A stretch of 64,000 nucleotides of DNA, taken from the NCBI RefSeq assembly GCF_006345805.1, contig NC_043021.1:21576001-21640000 (forward strand), written 5' to 3'. The stretch comes from Octopus sinensis. Lineage: Eukaryota. Under the pieces are notes generated by a model. It did no database searches, was not told the origin of the DNA, and saw only the letters and a program-made list of their open reading frames with translations. This document shows, piece after piece, positions 38,829-52,744 of the stretch. The translations under genes were made by a program, and so were the position numbers. The stretch's first letter is position 1; every line of letters starts with the position of its first letter.

Positions 38829-39544
38829 GAGAGGGAGAAGTGGAGTGAGAGAAAGGGGAGGGAGAGAGAGAGAGAGACAGAGTCTCTGAGTATAAGTGTG
38901 TGGGTCTGTTGTGTCATGCGATGTTTGTATGTGTGTATGTATGAATGTACTTGCAAATGTAAGTTCACACCTGACTCTGTGTGTGCGTGCGTTGCGTGTG
39001 TGCGTGCGTGTGTGTGTGTGTGTGTGTGTGCGTGTGTGTGTGTGTGTGTGTTGTGAATGGTGTGTGTGTTCGTGTGTTTGTGCATGTGTGTGCGTGCGTG
39101 CGAGGAGATGTGTGTGTGTGTCGTGTGGTGTGTGTGGTGCGTGTGCGTGCGTGTGTGCGGTGTGTGGTGCACGCCGGTTATATGTGTGGCGCGCGCATGT
39201 GTGTGTGTGTGTGTGTGTGTACTTAAGTGTCAGTTTGTGCCTGTGTTTATTACTGATGTGTATGTGTGTATGTGTTAGTTGTGTGTAGTGTAAATACATA
39301 TATGCAAGTGTGTATGTGATTTGTGTGCAAGTATAAGCATGTGTGTGTGTGTGTTTATGTATGTATATTTTTGAGGCTGTACAATTGTGTATATCCTTGC
39401 AGTTATGTGTGCATGTGTCAATACAAATATGTATATGTTTGCATCTATGTGCATCCCCTGTTTGTGTGTATGAATGTGTATGTGCAAGCAGGTGTGCACA
39501 TCTCTGTATACCTGTGTGTATGGTAGCAATTGTGTGGCACCCCC

Positions 39545-39960
39545 CTCAAATTGTGTGTGTGTATGCAAATATACCTGTATGTGTTGCTGGGAGTATGTGT
39601 GTATGTGAGTGCATGTGGTGTACATACATGTATGCTTGTGTGTGTATGTGTGTGTGTGTGTGTGTGTATGCAAATATACCTGTATGTGTCGCTGGGTGTA
39701 TCTGTGTATGTGAGTGCATGTGGTGTGCATACATGTATCTGTTGCTGGGTGTATGTGTGTTTGTGTGTGTGAGTATGTGTATGCCCTTCGTGTATGCTAG
39801 TGTGTGTGTAAGTGCATGTGGTGTGCATACATGTATGTGTATGCTTGTGTGTGTGTATGCAAATATACCTGTATGTGTCGCTGGGAGTATGTGTGTGTGT
39901 GAGTGCATGTGGTGTGCATACATGTATGTGTATGCCCTTCATATGTGTGTGTGTGTGTAA
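39545..39960. repeat. TG-rich degenerate minisatellite
   Basis: Repeated GTATGCAAATATACCTGTATGTGTYGCTGGG blocks. Confidence 0.7.
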
Positions 39961-40379
39961 GTGGTGCTTACATCTAAAGCCATAGCTCCATAAACCTGTC
40001 TGTCAGCTCAGTGTATCCAGAGTAAATAATCTCCAAAGAAGGATTTAGCAACGAATATCGAATCAGAGTGGAATTCGGAACAAAATCAAACTGAGTGACG
40101 GATTTACCTCCCCTTCGTCTCGCCGCCAACACCAACACCAGCACCAACGGCACCACGGTCCCTGCCGCATCCACCTCAAGGCACCGTGCGTGAGGGTGCA
40201 TGCATGCATCTTACCTCATCCAGCGAATGACTGCACCAATCCCTTACTTACTTTGCACTGTATGTATGTTTGCGATTGCGTTCAGATAGATAAGTGGGTG
40301 GATAGATGGATGGATGGATAGAGATGTTTGTGTTTCTGCGGATAGAGATGCATGTATGCGTGTGCATCCATGGGTAGAT

Positions 40380-40789
40380 TCGTGGATGGGCAAATAGCTG
40401 TGTGTGTGTGTGTGGTGTGTGTGTGTACATACTGATGTCTGTCTTTCTGTATTCCTATGTGTGTGTGTTTGTATGTATTGCTGTCTGTCTGTGTTTGTAT
40501 GTATCTGTGTGTGTATGTGTATATGTGTGTATGTATGTATGTATGTATGTGTGTGTGTGTGTATGTATGTATGTGTGTATGTATGTATGTGTGTATGTAT
40601 GTAAGTATGTGTGTGTGTATGTATGTGTGTATGTATGTATGTATGTGTGTGTGTGTATGTATGTGTGTGTGTATGTATGTATGTATTTATGTATGTATGC
40701 ATGTATGTGTGTGTGTATGTATGTGTGTATGTATGTCTGTATGTCTGTATGTGTGTATGTATGTATGTATGTGTGTGTGTATGTATGTA

Positions 40790-40820
<31 letters not shown>

Positions 40821-41100
40821 ATGTGTGTATGTATGTGTGTGCGTATGTATGTGTGTGTATGTATGTGTGCATGTATGTGTGTGTGTATGTATGTAGGTAT
40901 GTATGTATGTATGTATGTATGCATGTATGCATGTATGTATGTATGTATTTACGTATGTATGTATGTATGTATGTGTGTATGTGTGTATGTATGTATGTAT
41001 GTATGTGTGTATGTATGTATCAATGTTTGTTTACCTGTCTGTGTTTGTATGTATAGATGTCTGTCTGTCTGTCTGTCTGTCTGTGTATGTATGTATGATT
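40380..41100. repeat. (TGTA)n/(TG)n compound microsatellite
   Basis: Direct inspection. Confidence 0.92.
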
Positions 41101-41699
41101 CCCTGGCTGGATGGATAGACGGATGCATGTAAGTTTTTTGCTTGTTACGTATGAAATATATAAAGGGATGATGGCTGGATGTCGAATATATGTAAGTGTA
41201 TTTATATATATATATATATATAAATATAACTCTATATATATTTATATAATATTAATATATATAATATATATGCAGATGAGTGCATGTGCACTAATGGATG
41301 AACAAAGAGATACATGTGTTATAGAAAATTGCATGTGCATGTATAGACGGGTATATATATACATATATGTAAATATCTATGGATAAATGTACGTTTGTCT
41401 CTATGAATGGCGTATGAATGTATGAATAGGTGTGTGGTATGTGTACAAGAGGTACGCTTGTATTCATATGTATGTGTCCTACCAAGATGGCATGGCCTGA
41501 TATTTGACTGTTTATAATCTGAGCTCAGTAACGTCTATTTCTCTGTCTGTCTGTCTCTCTATCTATTCATCTGACTATTCTTATGTGTGTGTGTATATAT
41601 ATGTGGTGTGTGTGAATATATATATATGTGTACACACACATATATATGTATGTATGTATGACATCAATATCAATCTCCTGTTTCTCTTGAGATACATAC

Positions 41700-42010
41700 A
41701 TAAATATATACATATACATATATATGAATATATATAATATATATTATATATGTATATATGTATGTATATATGTAGTATATATATAGTATTATATATATAT
41801 ATGTATATAGTATATGTATATATATATGTATTTTATATAATTTTTTATATGTAGTTATATATATATATGTATATATATATAATGTATATATGTATATGTA
41901 TATATATATGTAGATATATATATATGTATAATATAATATATATATGTATATATATAATATATGTATATATATATATGTATTATATATATATATGTATATA
42001 TATATATATG

Positions 42011-42091
<81 letters not shown>

Positions 42092-42175
42092 GTATATGTA
42101 TATATTATATATATTATGTATATATTATATATATATATATATATGTATTATATATATATGTATTATATATATATG

Positions 42176-42208
<33 letters not shown>

Positions 42209-42490
42209 GTATATAATATATGTATATATATGATATATGTATATATAATATATGTATATATATGTATATTGTATATATATATATATGTATATATGTATAT
42301 GTATATATATGTATATATGTATATGATATATATGTATATAGTATATATATAGGTATATATATATATGTATATATATATATGTATATATATATGTATATAT
42401 ATATAGTATATATATGTATATATATATAATATATATATTTTTATATTGTGTGTGTGAGTATATATATATATATATATATATATATAATGT
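41700..42490. repeat. Imperfect (TA)n microsatellite
   Basis: Direct inspection. Confidence 0.95.
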
Positions 42491-42873
42491 ATGTATGTAT
42501 AAGTTGTCTAGATTTCTCATGCGTCATGGATCTTATTTTATTTCCATCTTTGTTTTTGAAATTTATTCGTTTCATTTCATTTCTAGTTTCTTCTTTTTTT
42601 TTATTTATTTTATTTATTTCATCCATTTCTTATTTTTGTTATCTAAAGATGACAATTATATAACTAAATAGGATCAATCAGCTTGTCACATGTTCCCCCC
42701 TTTTTTTTTCTTCCTTTTCTCTCCTTCCTCGTGTATTCTCCACTCCATCTTTAGCCGTCTCCTTCTCCCGTTTTTGCTTTTTCCAATTTCAAAATCCCCT
42801 GGTGGTTGTTAAGTCAATCTCCTGGATCTTATGGAGAGAAGAAAATCAATTTTAACTTTGGTATTGTCATCAT

Positions 42874-42904
<31 letters not shown>

Positions 42905-43009
42905 AGCATCACCAACAACATCATCTCCTACCTAGTTGTTGCTGTTTTCTTTGTTTTTGTTGTTGTTCTCTTTCACCTTCTTTTTCTTCTTCTTCTCCGT
43001 CTTCTTTTA

Positions 43010-43188
43010 CGTCTTCTTCTTCTCTCCTCCTCCTCCTTCTTCTTCTACTTCTCTCTCCTTCTCCTCCTCCTTCTTCTCCTCCTTCTCCTTCTTCTTCTTC
43101 TTCTTCTTCTTCTTCTTCTTCTTCGTCTCCTCCTCCTCCTCCTTCTTCTTCTTCTTCGTCTTCTCCTCCTCCTCCTCCTTCTTCTTCT

Positions 43189-43221
<33 letters not shown>

Positions 43222-43240
43222 CCACCACCACCACCACATG
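43010..43240. repeat. Polypyrimidine (CTT)n/(CCT)n tract
   Basis: Direct inspection. Confidence 0.92.
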
Positions 43241-43480
43241 TACCCTGTGACAGTGACTTGCTTTCTGATGAGGGTGACACTGTTGGAGAAAAACAAAAAA
43301 AAAAAAAAAAACCCCAAAAAGCCATCGTCAACCCTGCAAGACTCAGTTGAGGATTATCTAACATTTTATTTTTCACCATCTCTCAAAACCAGCCACCCAA
43401 CCCTACCAGCCACCCTCACTGGCCACATCAACACCAACTTGATGGTCACAGAGTGAACTCCTCCTTAACCATGCAGCCAT

Positions 43481-44458
43481 ACCTATTTCTTTACTGCCCA
43501 CAAGGGGCTAAACACAGAGAGGACAAACAAGGACAGACAAACGGATTAAGTCGATTATATCGACCTTGGTGCATAACTGGTACTTAATTTATCGACCCCA
43601 AAAGGATGAAAGGCAAAGTTGACCCCGGCGGAATTTAAACTAAGAACGTAACGGCACACGAAATACCTATTTCTTTACTACCCACAAGGGGCTAAACACA
43701 GAGGGGACAAACAAGGACAGACAAATGGATTAAGTCGATTGTATCGACCTCAGTGCGTAACAGGTACTTAATTTATCGACCCCAAAAGGATGAAAGGCAA
43801 AGTTGACCCCGGCGGAATTTAAACTCAGAACGTAACGGCACACGAAATACCTATTTCTTTACTACCCACAAGGGGCTAAGCACAGAGGGGACAAACAAGG
43901 ATAGACAAAGGGATTAAGTCAATTACATCGACCCCAGTGCATAACTGGTACTTAGTTTATCGACCCCGAAAGGATGAAAGGCAAAGTCGACCTCGGCGGA
44001 ATTTAAACTCAGAACGTAACGGCACACGAAATACCTATTTCTTTACTACCCACAAGGGCTAAGCACAGAGGGGACAAACAAGGATAGACAAAGGGATTAA
44101 TTAAGTCAATACATCGACCCCAGTGCATAACTGGTACTTAGTTTATCGACCCGAAAGGATGAAGGCAAAGTCGACCTCGGCGGAATTTGAACTCAGAACG
44201 TAACGGCACACCGAAATACCTATTTCTTGATACCCACAAGGGGCTAAGCACAGAGGGGACAAACAAGGATAGACAAAGGGATTAAGTCAATTACATCGAC
44301 CCCAGTGGATAACTGGTACTTAGTTATCGACCCCGAAAGGAAAGGCAGTTGAAAGGCAAAGTCGACCTCGGCGGAATTTGAACTCAGAACGTAAGGGCAG
44401 ACGAAATACCGCAAAGCATTTCGCCCGGCGTGCTAACGTTTCTGCCCGCTCGCCACCT
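43481..44458 (-). mobile_element. SINE family B pentamer: one head plus five ~184-bp body units
   Basis: Units at ~43481, 43665, 43849, 44033 and 44218, with the head at 44401-44458. A 13-bp TSD TGCAGCCATACCT at 43472-43484 and 44459-44471. Confidence 0.92.
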
Positions 44459-45012
44459 TGCAGCCATACCTGTTTTATGCATGTGTCTAAGAATGTCCTG
44501 AGACATTTTTCAGCCGGAATAAAACACTATTTAGCTTCAAGTTGGCTCCAGATTCTGTTGTAAAGATAGTTCTTCCGAAGAAATAAAAACAAAAGAACAA
44601 CAACAACAGCAAAAATAACAAACTTCAATCAAACTGATAGCAACTGTTGCAGATCTAAAGCGTTAAGATTATAAAAATCAAAGCTGGGTTTTGATGAAAT
44701 TTTCTTAGGATTTTTCTCATTCTCACTCTTTCGGGAATAAGCAACGAAAAAGAAAAAAACAAAAAGAAGTCAAACCACCCCACCAAAAAAAACAAAAACA
44801 AAAACAAACAAGAAAAATTCGAGATAAAAAAAAACCACTGTCATGTATTAGTTTCTATTTGGGAATTAGTAATTCTATTTCAAGTGTTATTACATTTTGG
44901 TGGGCAGTCTGTGACTTAGTGACTTATTTGGCTTTTGTTTTATACATCAGAACATGCAGTTGCCGAGTGATTAACACTTTAGCTTTCAGATAACCCTGTC
45001 AAATGTAATGCT

Positions 45013-45434
45013 TATTTACTCCTTACTCTTTTACTTGTTTCAGTCATTTGACTGCGGCCATGCTGGAGCACCGCCTTTAATCGAGCAACTCGACCCCGGG
45101 ACTTATTCTTTTTGTAAGCCCAGTACTTATTCTTATATCGGTCTCTTTTTGCCGAACCACTAAGTAACGGGACATAAACACACCAGCATCGGTTGTCAAG
45201 CAATGCTAGGGGGACAAACACAGACACACAAACATACACACACACACACACATACATATATCCAACAGGCTTCTTTCAGTTTCTGTCTACCAAATCCACT
45301 CACAAGGCATTGGTCGGCCCAAGGCTATAGTAGAAGACACTTGCCCAAGGTGCCATGCAATGGGACTGAACCCGGAACCATGTGGTTGGTAAGCAAGCTA
45401 CTTACCACACAGCCACTCCTGCACCTATTTACTC
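45013..45434 (-). mobile_element. SINE family A, full length
   Basis: 9-bp TSD TATTTACTC (45013-45021 and 45426-45434). Confidence 0.9.
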
Positions 45435-45534
45435 ACATTGATTTCAATTAAGCATGCACATTACCTTGTTGCTCGGCGATTTCAATGATGCAATTGTTTA
45501 TTTTTAGAACAACATTGTAGGGTAGGTGTGAGAG

Positions 45535-46050
45535 GCCAGATCTTGCTGATTTGATCACGAAACTGGTCAAGTATTTTGGTTGGATATGGTGGCACGTAAA
45601 AAGCACCATCCAACCGTGGTCGTTTGCCAGCCCCATCTGGCACCTGTGCTGGTGGCACGTAAAAAGCACCCACTACACTCGCGGAGTGGTTGGCGTTAGG
45701 AAGGGCATCCAGCCGTAGAAACATTGCCAGATCAGATCTTCTACTATTGCCTCAGGCCAACCAAAGCCTTGCGAGTGGATTTGGTAGACGGACAATGAAA
45801 CCGTCTGAAACCGTCGTATGTATGTCTGTGTGTGTGTGTGTTGTGTGTTTCTGTGTTTGGTTCCCCCAACATCGCTTGACAACCGATGCCGGTGTGTTTA
45901 CATCCCTGTAACTTAGCAGTTCGGCAAAAGAGACTGATAGAATAAGATCCAGGCTTACAAAGAATAAGTCCTGAGGTCGATTTGCATGACTAAAGGTGGT
46001 GCTCCAGCATGGCTGCTGTCAAATGACTGAAACAAGTAAAAGAGTAAAGA
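45535..46050 (+). mobile_element. RTE 3' UTR fragment fused to a 5'-truncated SINE family A
   Basis: GGCGTTAGGAAGGGCATCCAGCCGTAG motif, then the family A body from ~45745. Confidence 0.7.
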
Positions 46051-46059
46051 GAGAGAGAG

Positions 46060-46451
46060 AGAGAGTATCTCATAGCTTCGCAATTTAGTTGATGTAAATG
46101 TATATTTTTAGAATGACATTGCAGGGTAAGTGTGAGAGTCCAGATCAGGTTTATTTAAGCATAAAACAAGTAGAATATTTGGGCCGGATATGGCTGGTTT
46201 AAGTGCTAAAGAGTTAAACACTTAACCCGTTAGCATTTAAACTGGCCATATCCGGCCAAAAGTATTCTGCCTGTTTTATGTTCAAACTGGCCAGATCTGG
46301 TCTCTCACACCAACCCTACAATATCGCTTTAAAAAATTAACAGCTACCACATCAAAATCTCAAAGCTACAAGGTAATGCCTGATTAGTTCAAGGCAATGT
46401 GGATGAAAAAACCTTAATTTTGGTAGAATAATACGAACACTAAAGGGTTAA
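46060..46451. mobile_element. Second TTAA MITE family: a partial minus copy head-to-head with a full plus copy (46226-46447)
   Basis: TTAA-CCCGTTAGCATTTAAA ... CTAAAGGG-TTAA. Related copies at ~15170, ~55490 and 56469. Confidence 0.75.
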
Positions 46452-47029
46452 ACCAGCCCCATCTGACTCAAATATTCCTCCTGGTTTATTTCAGAAACTC
46501 AGCTCCTCTAAGTCTCTATTCCAACAACACAGCATAATTGTTTTTACAACCCATTCTGTCATCACTGATTCAGAGATTTATAATCAAATATGCACTGAGT
46601 GGTGTTACTAATTAGAGACAGTATTTAATTAGCTTGTTCAGAGAAACAGAGACTGATATAGTAGGGGTGAAATAGCCAGAGAGAGAGAGAGGGGAATAAT
46701 GAGAGATACATGAGACTGTGGGAATATCACTGTCTTAGAATTTGGAAATTTAGAGACTGGAATCAAGCCAGTATATTATTGGGCATTGTTTCATCAGTCC
46801 TTAAGATCTGCTGAAAATAGCAACTAAAATACTGTTTTACAAAAGAGAAGGACACAAACACTCAGCACACTCTATGAAGTGGTTGGCATTATGAAGGGCA
46901 TCCAGCCATAGAAAGCCTGCCAAAACAGACATGGAGCCTGAACAGTATTTCAGCTGGTCAGCTCCTGTCAAACCATCCGACCTATGCCAGTGTGGATGAC
47001 AGATGTTTATCGATGATGATGATTGTTGT

Positions 47030-47250
47030 TGTTGTTAAGCAACAAGACAGGTAAGGATGATTAGGTGATGGTCTAGGGCTTAGGGGTGGGAGACCCCAGA
47101 CCTTGGTAAAAAAAAAACAACTTTGGTCGTCTTGTAGTCGAGGGCTCTTCGTCGACGCCCAACACCACTGGGATGTGGCCCTCGCATTTGCTGGAAAAGG
47201 AGATCTCCTGGTCCAAATTCTTGAACGGCTGATGATGATGATGATGATGA
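47030..47250 (+). repeat. Unclassified ~220-bp interspersed repeat between (GTT)n and (TGA)n
   Basis: Homolog of 2090-2515. It carries the single, empty CCCTAGAC site. Confidence 0.7.
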
Positions 47251-47464
47251 ATTCTAGATACTCCTAGGTTTTGTGCACATGGAGTGTCAGAGAGAGATAG
47301 AGAAGGGGAGGGAGGGGGGAGGAGATAATTTGCCGATAGACATGGCTCCCCTGTGTAATGCTTGCTATCCAGAAATCTCAGCTAGTGATGTATCCTCAGG
47401 TGGTCCCTAATGTTTATGATATCAGCAGAAGAGAACATAATAAGGCAAAACCAACATCAAATCT

Positions 47465-47888
47465 ATACTCTTTTCTCTCCTTCTCTTTTACTTGCTTCAG
47501 TCATTTGACTGTGGCCATGCTGGAGCACCGCCTTTAGTCGAGCAGTTCGACCCCGGGACTTATTCTTTGTAAGCCCAGTACTTATTCTATCGGTTTCTTT
47601 TTGCCGAATCGCTAAGTAACGGGGACATAAACACACCAGCATCGGTTGTCAAGCAATGCTAGGGGGACAAACACAGACACACAAACATATACACACGCAT
47701 ACATATATATATATACATATATACGATGGGCTTCTTTCAGTTTCCGTCTACCAAATCCACTCACAAGGCATTGGTCGGCCCGGGGCTGTAGTAGAAGACA
47801 CTTGCCCAAGATGCCACGCAGTGGGACTGAACCCGGAACCATGTGGTTGGTAAACAAGCTACTTACCACACAGCCACTCCTGCGCCTG
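47465..47888 (-). mobile_element. SINE family A, full length
   Basis: Near-consensus copy. Confidence 0.88.
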
Positions 47889-48086
47889 TAAATTAGACGA
47901 AAAAAAAAAATTTTCATTTAGGCACAGGCATGGCTGTGTGGTAAGAGGTTTGTCTCCCAACTGCATGGTCTTGGGTTCAGTTCCTTGTACAAGTGGCTTC
48001 TACTGTTATAGCCATGGGCCAACCAAAACTTCATCAGTGGGTTTGGTTGACGGAAATTGAAAGAAGACTAAAGCTGTTATATATAT

Positions 48087-48316
48087 ATTTCTTTACTACC
48101 CACAAGGGGCTAAACACAGATGGGACAAACAAGGACAGACATAGGTATTAAGTCGATTACATCGACCCCAGTGCGTAACTGGTACTTAATTTATCGACCC
48201 CGAAAGGATGAAAGGCAAAGTTGACCTCGCGGAATTTGAACCCAGAACGTAACGGCAGATGAAATACGGCTACGCATTTGCCCGGCGTGCTAACGTTTCT
48301 GCCAGCTCGCCGCCTT
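48087..48316 (-). mobile_element. SINE family B monomer inserted in the (TA)n of a family A copy
   Basis: Near-consensus copy with (TA)n on both sides. Confidence 0.85.
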
Positions 48317-48609
48317 TATATATATATGCTGTTATATATACATTTATGTGTGCACACACGTGTGTGTGTGTGTGTGTGTGTTAATTCCTTCCCTTGACCT
48401 GATGTGATCATTGTAAATACATGCTACTGTCAAGCAAGTGGTCTCAATCCCTTCCGACCTTCTGTGAAAACGATATCCGGTTATGCGGAAGTGTTACCTT
48501 GCTTGGAAACAGGTGAGAATCAGTGACAAGAAGGGCATCCCGCCATGGAAACTGTGCCTCAGCAAATTCCATCCAACCCATGCAAGCATGAAAAAAAGGG
48601 GACATTAAG

Positions 48610-48640
<31 letters not shown>

Positions 48641-48747
48641 CTATCTAATGCGCCTGAGCCTGGAGTTGAATGCTGATGTTACCCTCTCCTTCCTCATCCT
48701 CCAACCGTGATTCCTAGATGTATTAATTATGCATCATATATAAACAC

Positions 48748-48796
<49 letters not shown>

Positions 48797-49375
48797 AAAC
48801 ACACACATACACATACACACATACACACACACACATACACATACACACATACACACACACACATACACATACACACACACATACACACACACACACACAC
48901 ATACACACATACACACATACACATACACATGCATATGAATGAGAAGTCGCACATATCTGACACTCTTAGCTACAAGCCTTATCTCTGTTCCGAGAACAAC
49001 AAGCGGCGGTAGTGGTGGTAGTGGTAGTGGTGGTTGCCATGATGATGGCGGTGGTGGTGGTTGCGGTAGTGGTGGTGGTGGTGGTTATAGCTTAATCAAA
49101 TTAGAATATGTTAGTAGACATTCTGTTGTAAACCTCTGGTGTTTTTGCCTGGGATGCGGCTGCAGTGGGGAGGGTGGTGGTGGCGGTGGTGTGGTGGTGG
49201 TCGGTAATGGTTTGAGATGAGGAGATGCAAAGAGGAAATAAACAAACAAACTAAATACCTAGTGACATTTTCTCTTACCAATTAAGAACAAAAGCAACTT
49301 TTTGTTATCTTCATTTCATTCAGCTTAGAGTAGATAGTTTGACCATAAAAATAGACCAGCAATTAAGTAATAAAC

Positions 49376-49408
<33 letters not shown>

Positions 49409-50368
49409 TAATAATTGTAATAAATAATATTATTATTGTTGTTGTTATTATTTTATTATTATTATTATTATTATGTTTATTACTGTTACTATAATTATTA
49501 TCAAGGTGGTGAGTTGGCAGAATCGTTAGCACTCCGGGCAAAATGCTAAGCGGCATTTTGTCCGTCTTTACATTCTGAGTTTAAACTCTGACAGGATTCC
49601 AATAGGATATTGCAGGGTAAAGAGAAAAATGACTCAGACTAGACAGTAAAGGTTAGGGTTGATTTTGAGCCTACAGAATCATTGCTTACTTAAACCCTTG
49701 AAAGTCCTTATAGAAACTCCCCATAGAACATAAGCCAGTGATGACTATTCTACACTGTTCTTGATTCTGGGCTCAATTTTCTGCTTTTCTCCAGTTGGAA
49801 TCCTGCTTTTTCAGCTCCGTTTCTATATTTCAAGGCATCCTCTTTTCCACCTCCCTTATGGGTTCATATGTCTCCCTGAAGAAAGGCCTTCCTCCCCTGG
49901 GTCTTGCTGGTTCTAAATTGTCATTGATGCTTCTGCACCTTTGATTTTTTTTTTTCTAAGTAGAGATGTTAGCCCTGCAAAAATTCATTTTTACTTCTTG
50001 GAAGAGTTGATCCACATTAGTCCGGCCTCTATCTTTTGACCTGTCCAGCATGAGAGGCCTTCCAGGAGCTTGTGCCCTGCTGGAATATCTCTCGGGTCAT
50101 TGTGGCTAACAGTCAAAGGGAAACAATTCCTTGTTGTTGACAGAGTAACGAAAGTCTTTTCCTCCTCCATTTTCTTGAAAGGCCCCTTGCTAGGGTCTGA
50201 AGAAGCACTGTAAATCTCAGTGCTTTATGAATGTGAAAGCCAAGGTAAACCCACAGAATGGTCATATCTGTCTTTATCTAGATACTCTACTGCTCTATAA
50301 CTGAGAGTCTGCTGCTTTTTCAGATCTATGATTTACTGACATATATTCACACAATGAAACATATATAT

Positions 50369-50399
<31 letters not shown>

Positions 50400-50410
50400 G
50401 TGTATATATT

Positions 50411-50708
50411 GTGGAGGCCCAGTGGTTAGGGCAGCGGACTTGTGGTCGTAGGATCACCGTTTCAATTCTCAGACCGGGTGTTGTGTGTGTTTATTGAGCA
50501 AAAACACCTACAGCTCCACGAAGCTCTGGCAGGGGGTAGTGACGATCCCTGCTGTACTCTTTCGCTACAACTTTCTCTCACTCTTTCTTCTGTTGGCCTG
50601 CTTGCTTAGCCAGCGGGGTGGTGTCATTTGAAGGCTAAAAACAATGTGAAGCGCATTGTGACCAGCGATGTGTAACAACATCTGATAGTCTGGTCGGTCA
50701 CGGTGATA
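50411..50708 (+). mobile_element. SINE family C, tail type ii
   Basis: OR-like head, with (TA)n on both sides. Confidence 0.8.
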
Positions 50709-50879
50709 TATATATATTATTCAAAGGAATTCCAACTCTGTTTTTTATGTTTTATTTATATTCTTTATAATATTAATGTAGAATATAGTATAAATAGTAT
50801 ATATAGTAAAATGAAATGAAGTATTGATTGTCTTATTGAATAGATGAAATATTGGATATCAAATATTAAGAGACTAGTA

Positions 50880-51133
50880 TACTTTCTTGCATTTAAGCAG
50901 TCTTCAAGGTCCCAGGTTGTAACAGGAAAATGTGACCTCGTGTGTACTGTTGGCGATTTTTTTCCTCTGTCTCCCCTTCTCTAGATCTTTCCTTCTCCTA
51001 TGTTTCCGCCGAAGAGCTCCACTTGAAACGTTAAACTCTCCTTCTTTCCTTCTTTCCTGAGCGTCCAATAATACTATATTTGTTCCACGTCCTCGCGTTG
51101 TTGTGTTTTTTTTGTGCTTTCTTGTTTGGATTA

Positions 51134-51137
<4 letters not shown>
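50880..51137 (+). mobile_element. Penelope-type 3' end / pLTR with a degenerate hammerhead motif at 51002-51036
   Basis: GTTT-CCGCCGA-A-GAGC-TCC-ACTT-GAAA-CGT-T-AAAC. Preceded by a VPGCNRKM* frame resembling the PxGLN end of PLE ORFs, and ends in (TA)n. Confidence 0.6.
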
Positions 51138-51178
<41 letters not shown>

Positions 51179-51180
<2 letters not shown>

Positions 51181-51301
51181 GTGGAAGAGCGTAGGCTTGA
51201 ACATTAAAGACTTTTTCACTTCCCGAGCATTAAACAAATACGTGTTGTTTGTTGTCTATACCACCTGTTTTCATCTTTTGTTTTTTTTGTGAATTCTCCC
51301 C

Positions 51302-51303
<2 letters not shown>
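51179..51303 (+). mobile_element. Penelope-type pLTR fragment of the 60090-60390 family with a degenerate hammerhead motif
   Basis: CTGTGGAAGAGCGTAGGCTTGAACATTAAAGAC is homologous to 60268-60301. (TA)n on both sides. Confidence 0.7.
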
Positions 51304-51337
<34 letters not shown>

Positions 51338-51381
51338 TATATATGTATATTATATATATAATATATATTTATATATATATA

Positions 51382-51434
<53 letters not shown>

Positions 51435-51532
51435 AGATAGTAATATTAATATATTTAATTTATATATATAATCTATATTTTATATATTCATATATAATAT
51501 TTATATATATATATATATATATTTATTATAAT

Positions 51533-51632
51533 NNNNNNNNNNNNNNNNNNNNNNNNNNNNNNNNNNNNNNNNNNNNNNNNNNNNNNNNNNNNNNNNNNNN
51601 NNNNNNNNNNNNNNNNNNNNNNNNNNNNNNNN
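51533..51632. other. Assembly gap (100 N)
   Basis: Run of n within (TA)n. The true length is unknown. Confidence 0.99.
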
Positions 51633-51776
51633 ATCTATACATATATATATATATACACACATATATACATATATATAGATATATATATATATATACATAC
51701 ATATATATATATATATATACCCACACACACACAAAACACATATACACATCATATGCATTTATATATATATACATAG

Positions 51777-51853
<77 letters not shown>

Positions 51854-51889
51854 AAACAATACACATCATATGCATTTATATATATATAC

Positions 51890-51937
<48 letters not shown>

Positions 51938-52097
51938 ACACACACAAACAACACATATACACATCATATGCATTTAATATATATATATAGATACCTGCGT
52001 ATGTGTACATATACTGATATATAAAATCTCACTTGTGTTGTAAATCTTGGAACTTATTTACAATACATGTATGTGTGTGTATGCATAACAACAATAA

Positions 52098-52138
<41 letters not shown>

Positions 52139-52331
52139 GTGCATGTAAATATGCATATATATATAAGTATGCATATTCACATCAAAATAATATATATGCA
52201 TATAAATATTTACAGGTATACAACATACATACATACATACGCACATGATTTAGATTTAATGTTTTTGTATATATAATTTTCTAAACAAAAAAAAATACAG
52301 ACATATATAATAATGATGATGATGATGATGA

Positions 52332-52391
<60 letters not shown>

Positions 52392-52744
52392 TAATAATAA
52401 TAATAATGAGAAGGAGAAGATGAAGAAGAAGAAGAAGAAGAATATACACTACAGACTATGCATATTCTTATTTCATTATTTTTAGATATCTATACACATA
52501 TATATACATATACATGTACATACATATGCACACGCATATGCATTTATATATGTATATATATTTAGACTAACACACAAAAACTTATATGCACATGAACATG
52601 TATATATATATATATACACACACACACATAAATATATGTACATGCGCTCACATATATATCCATATATTAATATGTGCATATCTGTATGTGTCTGTATGTT
52701 TGTGTATATCTATGTGTGTGTGTGTGTATTTTTACATATATATA

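Noticed and set aside
50190-50252. CTGAAGA followed by hairpin AGCACTG/CAGTGCT and a later GAAA
   Set aside because: About 10 extra nt separate the stem from GAAA and stem III is mismatched. It is too deviant to call a hammerhead.
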